DNA of 64,000 nucleotides from Octopus sinensis (Eukaryota): assembly GCF_006345805.1 (NCBI RefSeq), contig NW_021836179.1:124001-188000 (forward strand), given 5' to 3'. Position numbers and translations under genes: made by a program. Shown piece by piece: positions 49,943 to 62,129 of the stretch. Numbering within the stretch: the first letter of the stretch is position 1; each line of letters begins with the position of its first letter. The notes under the pieces were generated by a model. That model did not search any database and was not told the DNA's origin. It worked only from the letters and a program-made list of their open reading frames with translations.

Positions 49943-51861
49943 TATATATACGCACATACATTGGATGAGGAGAGCTGTGTAAATAAAGTACCACTCCCAA
50001 ACAGTTGAATGAATCCGGGGTTGAGGTAGCCCCAGGAAGACATGGGATGAGGTAGTGAAACATGGCCTTTGAACATTATGCTTCACAGAGGCAATGACAA
50101 AAAAACCGAGACCTCTGGAGATATGCTGCGACTGCGAAGAACTGGCAAAGTGCCATTTCTCATAAGGTCCACTGCGACAAGAATACTCGTGCAATTCATT
50201 GATGCAATTTCGACTGTGAATCGATTTTACGTTTGTAAAATAGGAAATTAGGCCGTGTTGTGTTGAGGGTGTAATTCCGTCTGTTCTTTGGTGAAACTTA
50301 GTCTAACTTTGGAAGATTCTGCTCAACATCGCTCACTGAAGCGTAGTGTTGTGTGCTCTGGAGGAGGAAAACAATCCGAATTAGATATGACCAGAGAAGG
50401 GGGAGGCAGCAAGGAAGGCCACAGTCGTCCCTCAGGAACCACAAAGTGTAAAGATGAAAACCTGGTCATCTTATACACGGTATAAGTATTCCCGGATTTC
50501 TGGAAGCCGGATAAGAGATCCGGCACCTACGATCGATCGATCGATAGATAGGTGTGTATATCTTACCTGTTATGCTACACAAATCAATATTTAGCGTGAA
50601 AATATGTTTACTCACCTCAAAATCTCCGTGAAAAACAAACAAAAACACTTTACGGTTCTTCTCCCGCGTCAGGCAGGATGTAGCGGAAACGGAAGTGTGG
50701 GGTGTCATGTGATAAAAGTAATCCGCCCCCTCTTTCGATCTGCGGGGATCCCCCCCCCCGTCCCCAGGACCAACTCCTTAAGGGGTACTTATTCCCTCCG
50801 CTCCAAAAGGGGAGGAGGAAATAGGGACTATGAAAACTCTGCGCTCGATATAATCGTCTCGTCCCCTTCTCCCCAAATCGCTCCCTTCTGGCAAAATTTG
50901 AAACCCTTATTTCATAATAATAATAATAATAACGAAATTATTGTATCCAGGGCTCAGGTGCCCCACAACCTGTCAGAAAGTGTGTAATAAAGCATATGGA
51001 GTAATGTAGAAATGCCTGGGAAGCGAACAGTGTATGAGTCAGATACGTGCTTGTGTGTGTATGGAGGGGAGAAAGATCAGGTGTAGTGTTGGTGAATCTC
51101 AGGAAGCATGGAATATTATGATCAATAATTGCCTAAGAGGCTAAATTACGGTATGGGTACCGTTGCAGTCAAACTGGTGAACATTCTTTTGTTTACATTT
51201 GAAGAAGAAGATCGTTGCTCACCGTAAAAATTTCTATTTTTTTTATATATGTGGGATGGGGGAAGGGTGTCTTTTTCAAGTCGGCATATTCCCGGATTTC
51301 TGGAAGCCAGGTAAGAGGTCCGGCACGTATGATCAATCGATAGATAGGTATGTAAAGGCGGCGAGCTGGCAGAATCGTTAGCACGCCGGGCGAAATGTGT
51401 AGCCGTATTTCGTCCGCCGCTACGTTCTGGGTTCAAATTCCGCCGAGGTCGACTTTGCCTTTCATCCTTTCGGGGTCGATAAATAAAGTACCAGCTATCC
51501 ACTGGGGTCGATGTAATCGACTTAATGCCTTTCTTTGTCCCCTCTATGTTTAGCCCCTTGTGGGCAATAAAGAAATATATGCAATACAAATCAATATTTA
51601 GTGTGAAAATATATTTACTCACACCAAAATCTCCGTGTAAAACATACAAAAATATGTTATTGATATTCTCCTGGGTGAAACAGGTTGTAACGGAAAACAC
51701 TCGGCGAGAAACGGAAGAAAATTTGAAGAAAGAAGGAAAAAAAATAGTAATAATATTTTGATGCAAATCACCATGGTTACTGTGGTTAATATCTTGGCTG
51801 TGATAAACGCATCTTTGTTGTTCCCAGCAACGGCCTTGGTGGCCATGTTCTTAAAGAAATT

Positions 51862-52063
51862 ACTCTCTTTTATTTGTTTCAGTCATTTGACTGCGGCCAT
51901 GCTGGAGCACCGCCTTTAGTCGAGCAAATCGACCCCGGGACTTATTCTTTTGTAAGCCCAGTACTTATTCTATCGGTCTCTTTTTGCCGAACCACTAAGT
52001 GACGGGGACGTAAAGACACCAGCATCGGTTCTCAAGCGATGTTGAGTGGGCGGACAAACACAG

Positions 52064-52114
<51 letters not shown>

Positions 52115-52272
52115 CATATATATGACAGGCTTCTTTCAGTTTCCGTCACAAGGCACTGGTCGGTCTGGGGCTATAGCAGAAGACACTTGCCCAAGATGCC
52201 ACGCAGTGAGGCTGAACCCCGAACCATGTGGTTAGTTAGCAAGCTACTTACCACACAGCCACTCCTGCGCCT
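51862..52272 (-). mobile_element. SINE-1 (3'-deleted in units 1 and 2 at ~35716-35978 and ~43783-44045)
   Basis: Family match; the deletion junction in units 1 and 2 is at a TAAAGA microhomology. Confidence 0.82.
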
Positions 52273-53984
52273 ATATATATATTTTATATTTTTCGTTCCA
52301 GCACACGATCTCAGATCAGGTCACTTGCTATGCAAGTACATCTCCATAATAAAAATATATATCATCCTTTCCCTGAACAGCCACCTCAGGGGCACCCAAC
52401 AAGTTGAAGGGGCTCACTCACTCGCTATAGAGTAACTACTCAGACACGAGTCAGCGCCACCAATGATGATATACATGTTGTCATGATAATGGAATTGCTT
52501 TTATTTTTACTCCTGAATATTTTGGAAGATTTAAAAGCAGAAGTTTCTAAGCAGCCATGGATCCAATTATTGCTAAGCGTTCGCTTCATCATCATCATCA
52601 TCGTTTAACATCCGTTTTCCGCGCTAGCACGGGTTGATGGTTCGACCGGGGATCTGGGAAGCCAGGGGCTGCACCAGGCTCCAGTCTGATCTGGCAGTAT
52701 TTCTACAGCTGGATGCCCTTCCTAACGCCAACCACTCCATGAGTGTAGTGGGTGCTTCTTACGTGCCACTGGCACAAGTGCCAGGGGAGTCTGGCAGCGG
52801 CTACGATCGGTTGGTGCTATTAACAATTTCATAAAATTGACATGGCTTAATACTTTGTCCGCATCAGCATTTATAAGTGGTACAATTAGAAGTATCAAAA
52901 TTAACTTAAATATTCATCGTCTGAAAGTCTCCACTTTTGGATGTGTGCATGTATATATATATGTACATACATACATATATATGTATATACATACATATAT
53001 ATGTATATACATAGGCGCAGGAGTGGCTCTGTCGTAAGTAGCTTGCTTACCAGCCACATGGTTCTGGGTTCAGTCCCTCTGCATGGCATCTTGGGCAAGT
53101 GTCTTCTGCTATAGCCTTGGGCCGACCAATGCCTTGTGAGTGGATTTGGTAGACGGAAACTGAAAGAAGTCTGTCATATATATGGTTATATATATATGTG
53201 TGTGTGTATGTGTTTGCCCCTCTAGCATTGAACAAATTTCAACTATATATATATCATCATCATCATCATCATTTAGCGTCCGCTTTCCATGCTAGCATGG
53301 GTTGGACAGTTCAACTGGGGTCTGGGAAGCCAGAAGGCTGCACCAGGCCCAGTCTGATCTGGCAATGTTTCAACGGCTGGATGGCCTTCCTAACGCCAAC
53401 CACTCCGTGAGTATAGTGGGTGCTCTTTACGTGGCTGGTGGGGGCTAAACACAGAGGGGCCAAACAAGGACAGACAAAGGGATTAAGTCAATTACATCGA
53501 CCCCAGTGCGAAACTGGTGCTTTACTTATCGACCCCGAAAGGATGAAAGGCAAAGTCGACCTCGGCAGAATTTGAACTCAGGTCAACTTTGTCTTTCATC
53601 CTTTCGGGGTCGATAAATAAAGTACCAGTTTCGCACTGGGGTCGATGTAATCGACTTAATCCCTTTGTCTATCCTTGTTTGTTCCCTCAGTGTTTAGCCC
53701 CTTGTGGGTAGTAAAGAAATATATATATAGTTGAAATTTACAGAAAAGCAAAACACAAAGACGGGTGTGTGAACAAGCAAGTTTATTGGTTTCAAACACA
53801 GGAAAGTGAGAGTCTTTTATGTTTCAAGCCTATGCTCTTCAGCAGAGAGGAAAAAGAGAAAATAAACAGAGAGAGAGAGAGAGAAAAGAAAAGAAAAAGA
53901 TTTAGCGGTCAAGTATGACAGGAGAGGTAGAAAGAATATATTGTTTGCTGTTGGGTGTTTTAATGAATTTTGACAACGATATAA

Positions 53985-55100
53985 TCAAACTTTTACATGG
54001 ATGGATGCATGCCTGGTTAAGTTACTTCTCTGAGAGAATGATTTACCACAGACATCACATTGATACGGTCTCTCCCCTGTATGAATACGTTTGTGACTAG
54101 TTAAGCTGTTATTCTCAGAGAATGATTTACCACAGAAGTCACAATGATATGGTTTTTCTCCCGTATGAGTACGTCTATGTTTAGTCAAGTCACCATCTCG
54201 AGAGAATGATTTACCACAGACATCACATTGAAATGGCTTTTCTCCAGTGTGAATAACCTTGTGTTGACTTAAACAAGAAATTCTAGAGAATGATTTACCA
54301 CAGACATCACAATTATATGGTCTTTCTCCTGTATGAGTACGTTTGTGTTGAGTGAAGTCACCAATTCGAGAGAATGATTTATCGCAGACATCACATTGAA
54401 ATGGCTTTTCTCCAGTGTGAATACGTTTGTGTTGAATTAAATAGGAGGTTGTCGAGAATGATTTACCACAGATAACACAATGATATGGTTTTTCTCCCGT
54501 ATGAGTACGTGTGTGTGTAGTCAAGTCACTACTCCCACAGAATGATTTACCACAGACATCACAGTGAAATGGTTTTTCTCCTGTGTGAATACGCATGTGT
54601 TTAGTTAAGCTACATTTTGTAGAAAGTGTTTTACCACAGACATCACAGTGATATGGTGTCTCCCCTGTATGAATACATTTGTGTTTAGTTAAGTTTTTCT
54701 TTTCAGAGAATGATTCACCACAGACATCACACTCGTATGGTTTCTCACCTGTATGAATACGTATGTGTTTAGTTAAATTGTTCTTTTCAGAGAATGATTG
54801 ACCACAGGTATCACAGTGAAATGGCTTCTCACCTGTATGAATATATTTGTGTCTAATTAAGCTATCTTTTGTAGAAAATGATCTACCACAGATAACACAG
54901 CGATGTGGTTTCTCTCCTGTATGAATACGTATGTGTTTAATTAAGTTACCGTTTTGACAGAATGATTTACCACAGGTAACACAGCGAAATGGTTTCTCAC
55001 CTGTATGAACACGAATGTGTTTAACCAAGTTACTATTTGTAGAGAATGATTTACCACAAATTTTACAATGATATCCTAATTTTCCTAATGCTTTTGACAT
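53985..55100 (-). CDS. ZNF-F: C2H2 zinc-finger protein, 371 aa, 13 fingers
   Basis: Conserved ATG (MSKALGKL) at 55100; acceptor at 55527; uORF at 55105-55131. Confidence 0.94.
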   Translation of the reverse strand: MSKALGKLGYHCKICGKSFSTNSNLVKHIRVHTGEKPFRCVTCGKSFCQNGNLIKHIRIHTGEKPHRCVICGRSFSTKDSLIRHKYIHTGEKPFHCDTCGQSFSEKNNLTKHIRIHTGEKPYECDVCGESFSEKKNLTKHKCIHTGETPYHCDVCGKTLSTKCSLTKHMRIHTGEKPFHCDVCGKSFCGSSDLTTHTRTHTGEKPYHCVICGKSFSTTSYLIQHKRIHTGEKPFQCDVCDKSFSRIGDFTQHKRTHTGERPYNCDVCGKSFSRISCLSQHKVIHTGEKPFQCDVCGKSFSRDGDLTKHRRTHTGEKPYHCDFCGKSFSENNSLTSHKRIHTGERPYQCDVCGKSFSQRSNLTRHASIHVKV

Positions 55101-55717
55101 TTTTCTAAGGGATACAAACAGACCCAACCATTGAAGTTTCTCACAGTATTAAATTTTCCCCTTATCTTTCTTCTCTCACCACAGAATGTAATTTTCTTAT
55201 TCTCGTTCTTGTAATTTATTCCTTGGAAATATTTCAACTGTTATCAACCTTGATTTTATTGATATCCAAAATTCTGCAAACTCCCTTTGTAAATATATTC
55301 AAGTTTAATTAGAATGCAAAAGCCCCAGATAACGAGATGGGCAAATGTTGCTATGAATCTTCACTCAGGGCAAATATTTCACAGTAATTCAATCCTGGAT
55401 TTATAGCAGTTGGGTTATTATATCTGTTCTCTAAAACGTTTTCCTTTCGTCTTCAAAAAAACATGGTAAATATTCCAGATGTCTCCAATGAACAAAAGTC
55501 GTTTTGTGCCAATGTCATCTGTGAATCTGAAATAATAAAGAAACAATATTTAGATTTAGAGGAGAGATCAAAAGAGAAATGTTACAACATTTCTTTATTA
55601 ATTAACAAATGACATCATATAACATTGGGTGAAATGTAAAAATTTGTAAACCACAATTACACATGCACATTGAGTGTGTATGTATATGTGTATATATATA
55701 CATACATATATGTAAAG

Positions 55718-55875
55718 AATTTAAGTATTTATACACGAAAGAGGTGGCCTTTCCCAGGACACCTTACATGCTAGAAAGGGCAGTCAAAGCCCAAATCACG
55801 AATAAAAGCACTTTCAAAAGGAATGAAAATATAAAATATTTTTGTAGTTATCCTCACAACTACACCTAGACATTG

Positions 55876-55906
<31 letters not shown>

Positions 55907-56174
55907 CACGTGACCGACAAGTCCATCAGATGTAGTTACACATCGCTGGTCACAATGCGTTCGCATTGTTTTAGCCTTCGAATGACGCCACCCCGCTGGA
56001 ACAGAAGGAAGAGTGGTGAAAGAGTACAGCAGGGATCGCCACCACCCCCTGCCGGAGCCTCGTGGAGCTTTTAGGTGTTTTCGGTCAATAAACACTCACA
56101 ACGCCCGGTCTGGGAATCGAAACCGCGATCCTACGACTTCGAGTCCGCTGCTCCTAACCACTGGGCCATTGCGC

Positions 56175-56225
<51 letters not shown>

Positions 56226-57122
56226 AATATATATACACAAAAGTGGTAACCTTTGATAGGACACCTTACATGCTAGAAAGGGCAGTCAAAGCCCAACCCA
56301 CGAATAAAAGCAAATTCAAAGGGAATGAAAATGAATTAATTTGCTATCCATACATCATCAGTGCCATGGATTTGAAGATTATAATGCACAAGTATGCAGC
56401 ACGCGTGATTTTGGTGCAATTTGCTGCATAAATCTGCATTAATCTGATGAAGTACGGATTGAAAATTTATTTATTTGCAAATTGAAACAGAAAATTGAGT
56501 TTGAGGGTAACTACAAAAATATTTTGGCGATCTTTCGTCTCTAGTAGACCTTTCCGTCGATTTCCGTAAAAAAAATTTTTTTTGTTACATATGGGCTTGC
56601 GGGAACTTTTGAAGTAATATACATACATATACACACATACATAGATACATACACACACACACATACATGCATACATACATATACACATACACCGAGTAAA
56701 AAATTTTAGTTATCTCTTTATTTCACACATTACTCTGTCTCTTCACACACACTAACAGAAGCACTTCACTTACACAACATACTGCCTGTCTCCCACACCC
56801 CACCAAACACACACACACACACATGTACATCAATGCTTCCCCTGAACGGTAACTTCAAAAGAACTTCCCTCGTCATACAATCGCTTTCTCTTAGTCTCTT
56901 TCGCTCTCATAACTTGAAAAGTTCCCGCAAGCCCATGTGTAAAAAAAAAAATTTTTTACGGAAATCGACGGAAAGCTCTACAAGAGACGAAAGATTGCCA
57001 ATATTTTATATTTTCATTCCTTTTGAAATTGCTTTTATTCGTGGTTTGGGCTTTGACTGCCCTTTCTAGCATGTAAGGTGTCCTCGGAAAGGGCATCCCT
57101 TTTGTGTATAAATACTTAAATT
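55718..57122. mobile_element. Nested foldback/non-autonomous DNA element(s)
   Basis: Outer IR 55718-55840 / 57000-57122; inner IR ~56520-56615 / 56912-57007; internal insert 55843-56515 with its own short TIRs and 10-bp direct repeat AAAATATTTT. Confidence 0.7.
55916..56175 (-). mobile_element. SINE-4 with tRNA-like head
   Basis: GGCGCAATGGCCCAGTGGTTAGG..GGTTTCGATTCCCAGACC (A/B boxes) followed by ~190 nt of non-tRNA body. Confidence 0.7.
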
Positions 57123-57399
57123 GCTCATACACTCCTCAATATGAACATACGTTGACTATTGACATTATTACTAAAATTATTCTAAATTTTCTACCTTTAC
57201 CATTTTCACAGTATATATATATCTGTAAATGTAATATGTGACTATTATTCGGTAGCCAAGATAAAACTCTGAGTTTCGGATGCCGAGGTGGAGATCCACA
57301 ACACCTTCTCTTCGGTTGTCCGTCGATCGGAAAAATGACCATTTCCCTCCATTTATCGTAAGTTTTTTGGTTTTATTCACTAGAGAGCGTTGAGTTTAT

Positions 57400-57745
57400 T
57401 GTTGTCATATGATACCCCGTACTTCCGGTTCCGCTGCAGCTTTTTTGACTCTGGAGAAGAAACAAAACGTGTTTTTGTTTGTTTTTCACGGAGATTTTGA
57501 GGTGAGTAAACATATTTTCACTCTAAATATTGATTTGTGTAGCATAACGCGTAAGATATCCACACCTATCTATCGATCGATCGTAGGTGCCGGATCTCTT
57601 ATCCGGCTTCCAGAAATCCGGGAATACTTATACCGTGTATCGAGTATTCGGTTCCGCCCTTCCTTTCTTCGAAGATGACCAGGTTTTCATCTTTACACTT
57701 TGTGGGTCCTGAGGGACTGTGGCCTTCCTTGCTGCCGCCCCCTTT
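57400..57745 (+). promoter_or_regulatory. Promoter/exon-1 module of ZNF-G
   Basis: GTCATATGAT (57404), ACTTCCGG (57421), donor GAG|GTGAGT at 57502; homologous to 21015-21380. Confidence 0.65.
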
Positions 57746-58099
57746 CTTTTTCTGGAAGCCAGGTAAGAGGTCCGGCACCCCGATCGATAGATAGGTGTGG
57801 ATATCTTACCTGTTATGCTTTACAAATCAATATTTAGTGTGAAAATATATATATATATAATTAAATTATTGTATACATTGCCCAGGTGCACCACAACCTG
57901 TCAGAAAGTGCGTATAAAACATATGCAGTAATGTACAATTGTCTGAGAAGTGAACAGTGTATGAGTCAGATACATGCTTGTGTGTGTATGGAGGGGAGAA
58001 AATCAGGTGTAGTGTTGGCGAATCTCAGGAAGCATGGAAGTTTTGAACGATGCAGTGTTCCGACAACTAACAACCGATGCCGGCAGTCTGTATATATAT

Positions 58100-58152
<53 letters not shown>

Positions 58153-58487
58153 GTGTGATGGAGTAGTTGTAGTCTACAAATTTTCAGATTTCACCTAAAG
58201 TTATTTGATGTCATTTGTTATTCAATATAGAAATGTCGTAACATTTCCGTATTGATCACCCCTCTCTATGTCTAATATTGTTTCTTTATTATTTCAGATT
58301 CACAGATGACATTGGCACATCTGTTGTACATTGGATACATCTGGAATATTTACCATGTTTTTTGAAGACCAAAAGAAAATGTTTTAGAGAACAGATATAA
58401 TAACCCAACAGTTAGAAAGCTTTGAGCTGAGATTTATAGAAACATTACTCCCTTTCATTATCTGGTATGTTTGCATTCTAATTGAAC

Positions 58488-59606
58488 ATGTCAAAAGCGT
58501 TAGGGAAATTAGGATATCATTGTAAAATTTGTAGTAAATCATTCTCTACAAATAGTAATTTGGTTGAACACATTTGTGTTCAAACAGGTGAGAAGCCATT
58601 TCGCTGTGTTACCTGTGGTAAATCATTTTCTCACAATGTTAAATTAAGAACACACATACGTATTCATACAGGAGAGGAACCATATCACTGTGATACCTGT
58701 GGTAGATCATTCTCTCAAAACGGCAACTTAAGAAAACACATGCGTATTCATACAGGTGAGAAACCATACCCCTGTGATACCTGTGGTAAATCATTGTCTT
58801 CAAAGGGTAGCTTAATTGCACACAAATATATTCATACAGGTGAGCAGCCATTTCACTGTCATACCTGTGGTAAATCATTCTCTGCAAAAGACAGCTTAAT
58901 TGCACACAAATATGTTCATACAGGTGAAAAGCCATTTCACTGTGATACCTGTGGTAAATCATTCTCTACGAATGGTAACTTAACAAGACACAAGCATTTC
59001 CATACAGGAGAAAAGCCATTTTCATGTGTCACCTGTGGTGAGTCATTCTCTACAAAAGATTACTTAATTTCGCACAAATATGTTCATACAGGTGAGAAAC
59101 CATTTCACTGCGATACCTGTGGCAAATCATTCTCTCATGCCAGTAGCTTAAGTCAACACATACGTATTCATACAGGAGAAAAGCCATTTCACTGTGTTAT
59201 CTGTGGTAAGTCAGTTTCTACCAAAGGGAGCTTAACTAAACACATCCGTACTCATACAGGTGAGAAACCATTTCACTGTGATGTCTGTGAAAAATCTTTT
59301 TCTCGATTCGGTGACTTGACTACACACAGACGTATTCATACGGGAGAAAAACCATTTCACTGTGATGTCTGTGAAAAATCATTCTGCACAAGCTCTCATT
59401 TAATTCAACATAAACGTATTCACACTGGAGAAAAGCCATTTCACTGTGATGTCTGTGGTAAATCATTCTCTCGAATTGGTGACTTGACTAAACACAGACG
59501 TACTCATACGGGAGAAAAACCATATAATTGCGACATCTGTGGCAAAGCATTCTCTCAGAGCAGCAGCTTAACTAGTCACAAACGTATTCATACAGGAGAG
59601 AGATGA
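58488..59606 (+). CDS. ZNF-G: C2H2 zinc-finger protein, 372 aa, 13 fingers (finger 1 broken), premature stop
   Basis: ATG at 58488 (MSKALGKL, as ZNF-F); finger 1 HICVQ lacks the second His; shortened leader; acceptor at 58297. May be an incipient pseudogene. Confidence 0.8.
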   Translation: MSKALGKLGYHCKICSKSFSTNSNLVEHICVQTGEKPFRCVTCGKSFSHNVKLRTHIRIHTGEEPYHCDTCGRSFSQNGNLRKHMRIHTGEKPYPCDTCGKSLSSKGSLIAHKYIHTGEQPFHCHTCGKSFSAKDSLIAHKYVHTGEKPFHCDTCGKSFSTNGNLTRHKHFHTGEKPFSCVTCGESFSTKDYLISHKYVHTGEKPFHCDTCGKSFSHASSLSQHIRIHTGEKPFHCVICGKSVSTKGSLTKHIRTHTGEKPFHCDVCEKSFSRFGDLTTHRRIHTGEKPFHCDVCEKSFCTSSHLIQHKRIHTGEKPFHCDVCGKSFSRIGDLTKHRRTHTGEKPYNCDICGKAFSQSSSLTSHKRIHTGER

Positions 59607-59687
59607 TTTCACTAAGGTGCCTGTAGAAAGTCATTCTCTCAGAGAAGTAACTTAACTAGACATGCATCTATCCATGTAAAGGTGTGA
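59607..59687 (+). pseudogene. In-frame decayed terminal finger of ZNF-G
   Basis: After TGA: [25 protein letters not shown]. Confidence 0.85.
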
Positions 59688-60602
59688 TTTGGATCATTGT
59701 CAAAATTCATTAGAACACTGAACAATAGCCAATATTTTAAAACCATTTCCTCTGCTGAATCATGGCTTGACTATTCTGCCCTGAACAGTACTCATTGACC
59801 CCTTCACAGCATGTTTCAAATGTAAACCTGCTTATATATCTATTCCATATAACATAGTTGAAGGACATAGGAAAGATACTGTTGTTATGTTTAATGTTGG
59901 GGGCAAATATTAAGACCACAATCTGGGGCAGAGTTGTTGGCATGTCTGGTAAAATGTTTATCAGGATTTTATCTGTCTTTATAAAATGAAGGAAAGGACC
60001 AAGATGAAGATTGTGTTTTGGAGCTGAGGAGAAAAGAAAGACAAGGAAATGTTGTTCTTTACACTCTGAAGTAGCGTGAGATTGTGGATAAACCATTTCT
60101 TGAACTTGTGGTGAGCTTAGTGATAGAAAATCAACATAGGACCCTTACCAAGGACAAGAAACGGGATATTCTCACTGTACAAATTACATTTGTCATAAAC
60201 ATTTTGTGATGCACAGTAATAAGAGAGTTGGCTGAATGAAGAAGAATGCAGATGCCATGAACCATAACTGCGAATGTCCTCCGTCAAAGTAAGAAGCTCT
60301 GCACTGACATCTTGTCCAAATTTGTTGAGACTGGAGAAATTTCTGAGCGGAAGATGACTGGAAATTGAAATTGAAAGGCTTCGGTAGTTCTTGGTCTTCA
60401 TCTAAATCTAAATTGGTGATTCAATAATTGGCCAGGAAAGGATGAAAGCCAAAGTTGACCTCTGCAGAAACTGAACTCAGAACATAAAAGACAAACGGAA
60501 TATCACTAAGCATTTTGTCCAATGTTCTAGGAATTCTCCATCTTATTGCCCCTCTCCCTTCAGAAACTGGCGATAGACAGGAAAATGATGCTGATTTTAT
60601 GC

Positions 60603-61109
<507 letters not shown>

Positions 61110-61508
61110 ACTGGGAATTTTTTACATTATCTTTTTCTACTTTTCTGAGTCGGTCTTTTAAAATCATTTCGCTTGCCTTCTGAATTTGAGAGATAATTTA
61201 TCACACATTCTCAAAATGACTGTTCTCCTTACACACATGCGTACACACTGTAATACAAATGTTATATGTTACTTCTTTCAGTGCAAAAGCAAAAATCAAA
61301 ACTTTCCTTGTATGTAAACACATGTTTTTGTATCATACTCCATGCTTCCACCACAAAAGGTGAACACAGAATAAACAATATATTCATACACAAAAATGTC
61401 TTCTGGTGATTCATATTAATCGCTTTTCTATTTAATACTGCACGCTTGTGCAGCCAACGTCAGCTGCTATGAAATGGTATGTAATTATGGTTCAGCTTGT
61501 CGTCGTAG

Positions 61509-62129
61509 ATTCAACACAAAATTATTCATACTGGAGAAAAGCCATTTCACTGTGATGTCTGTGGTAAATCATTCTGTGGGAGTAGTGACCTGACTACACA
61601 CACACGTACTCATACGGGAGAAGAACCATATCACTGTGTTATCTGTGGTAAATCATTCTCGACAACCTCCTATTTAATTCAACACAAACGTATTCACACT
61701 GGAGAAAAGCCATTTCAATGTGATGTCTGCGATAAATCATTCTCTCGAATTGGTGACTTCACTCAACACAAACGTACTCATACAGGAGAAAGACCATATA
61801 ATTGTGATGTCTGTGGTAAATCATTCTCTAGAATTTCTTGTTTAAGTCAACACAAAGTTATTCATACTGGAGAAAAGCCATTTCACTGTGATGTCTGTGG
61901 TAAGTCATTCTCTCGAGATGGTGATTTGACTAAACACAAACGTACTCATACGGGTGAAAAACCATATAATTGTGACATCTGTGGTAAATCATTCTCTGAG
62001 AATAACAGCTTAACTAGTCACAAACGTATTCATACAGGGGAGAGACCGTATCAATGTGATGTCTGTGGTAAATCATTCTCTCAGAGAAGTAACTTAACCA
62101 GGCATGCATCCATCCATGTAAAAGTTTGA
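61509..62129 (+). pseudogene. 5'-truncated inverted copy of ZNF-F (last 7 fingers, frame open, no ATG or leader)
   Basis: CGSSDL-STTSYL-SRIGDF-SRISCL-SRDGDL-SENNSL-SQRSNL, identical in order to ZNF-F fingers 7-13; preceded by an in-frame TAG at 61506. Confidence 0.85.

Larger units (their letters stand above)
45721..53957. repeat. Tandem segmental duplication, unit 3 (8237 bp; contains ZNF-E3)
   Basis: Colinear with the other units; keeps 160 bp of SINE-1 (~51858-52017) absent from units 1 and 2; runs directly into the ZNF-F 3' end. Confidence 0.95.

Noticed and set aside
56100-56175. tRNA-like sequence (minus strand)
   Set aside because: It continues into a non-tRNA body and lacks a convincing cloverleaf; it is a SINE head, as are the other A/B-box hits.
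59995-60400. Possible fossil coding exon in the ZNF 3' flank (DKPFLE, FVETGE motifs shared with 30510-30100)
   Set aside because: Only two independent versions are available; they contain stops and frameshifts, and replacement changes outnumber synonymous ones.
61190-61420. Faint finger-like words upstream of the pseudogene (CACACATGCGTACACACTG, ATTCATACAC)
   Set aside because: No 84-bp periodicity or Cys/His pattern could be established by eye.
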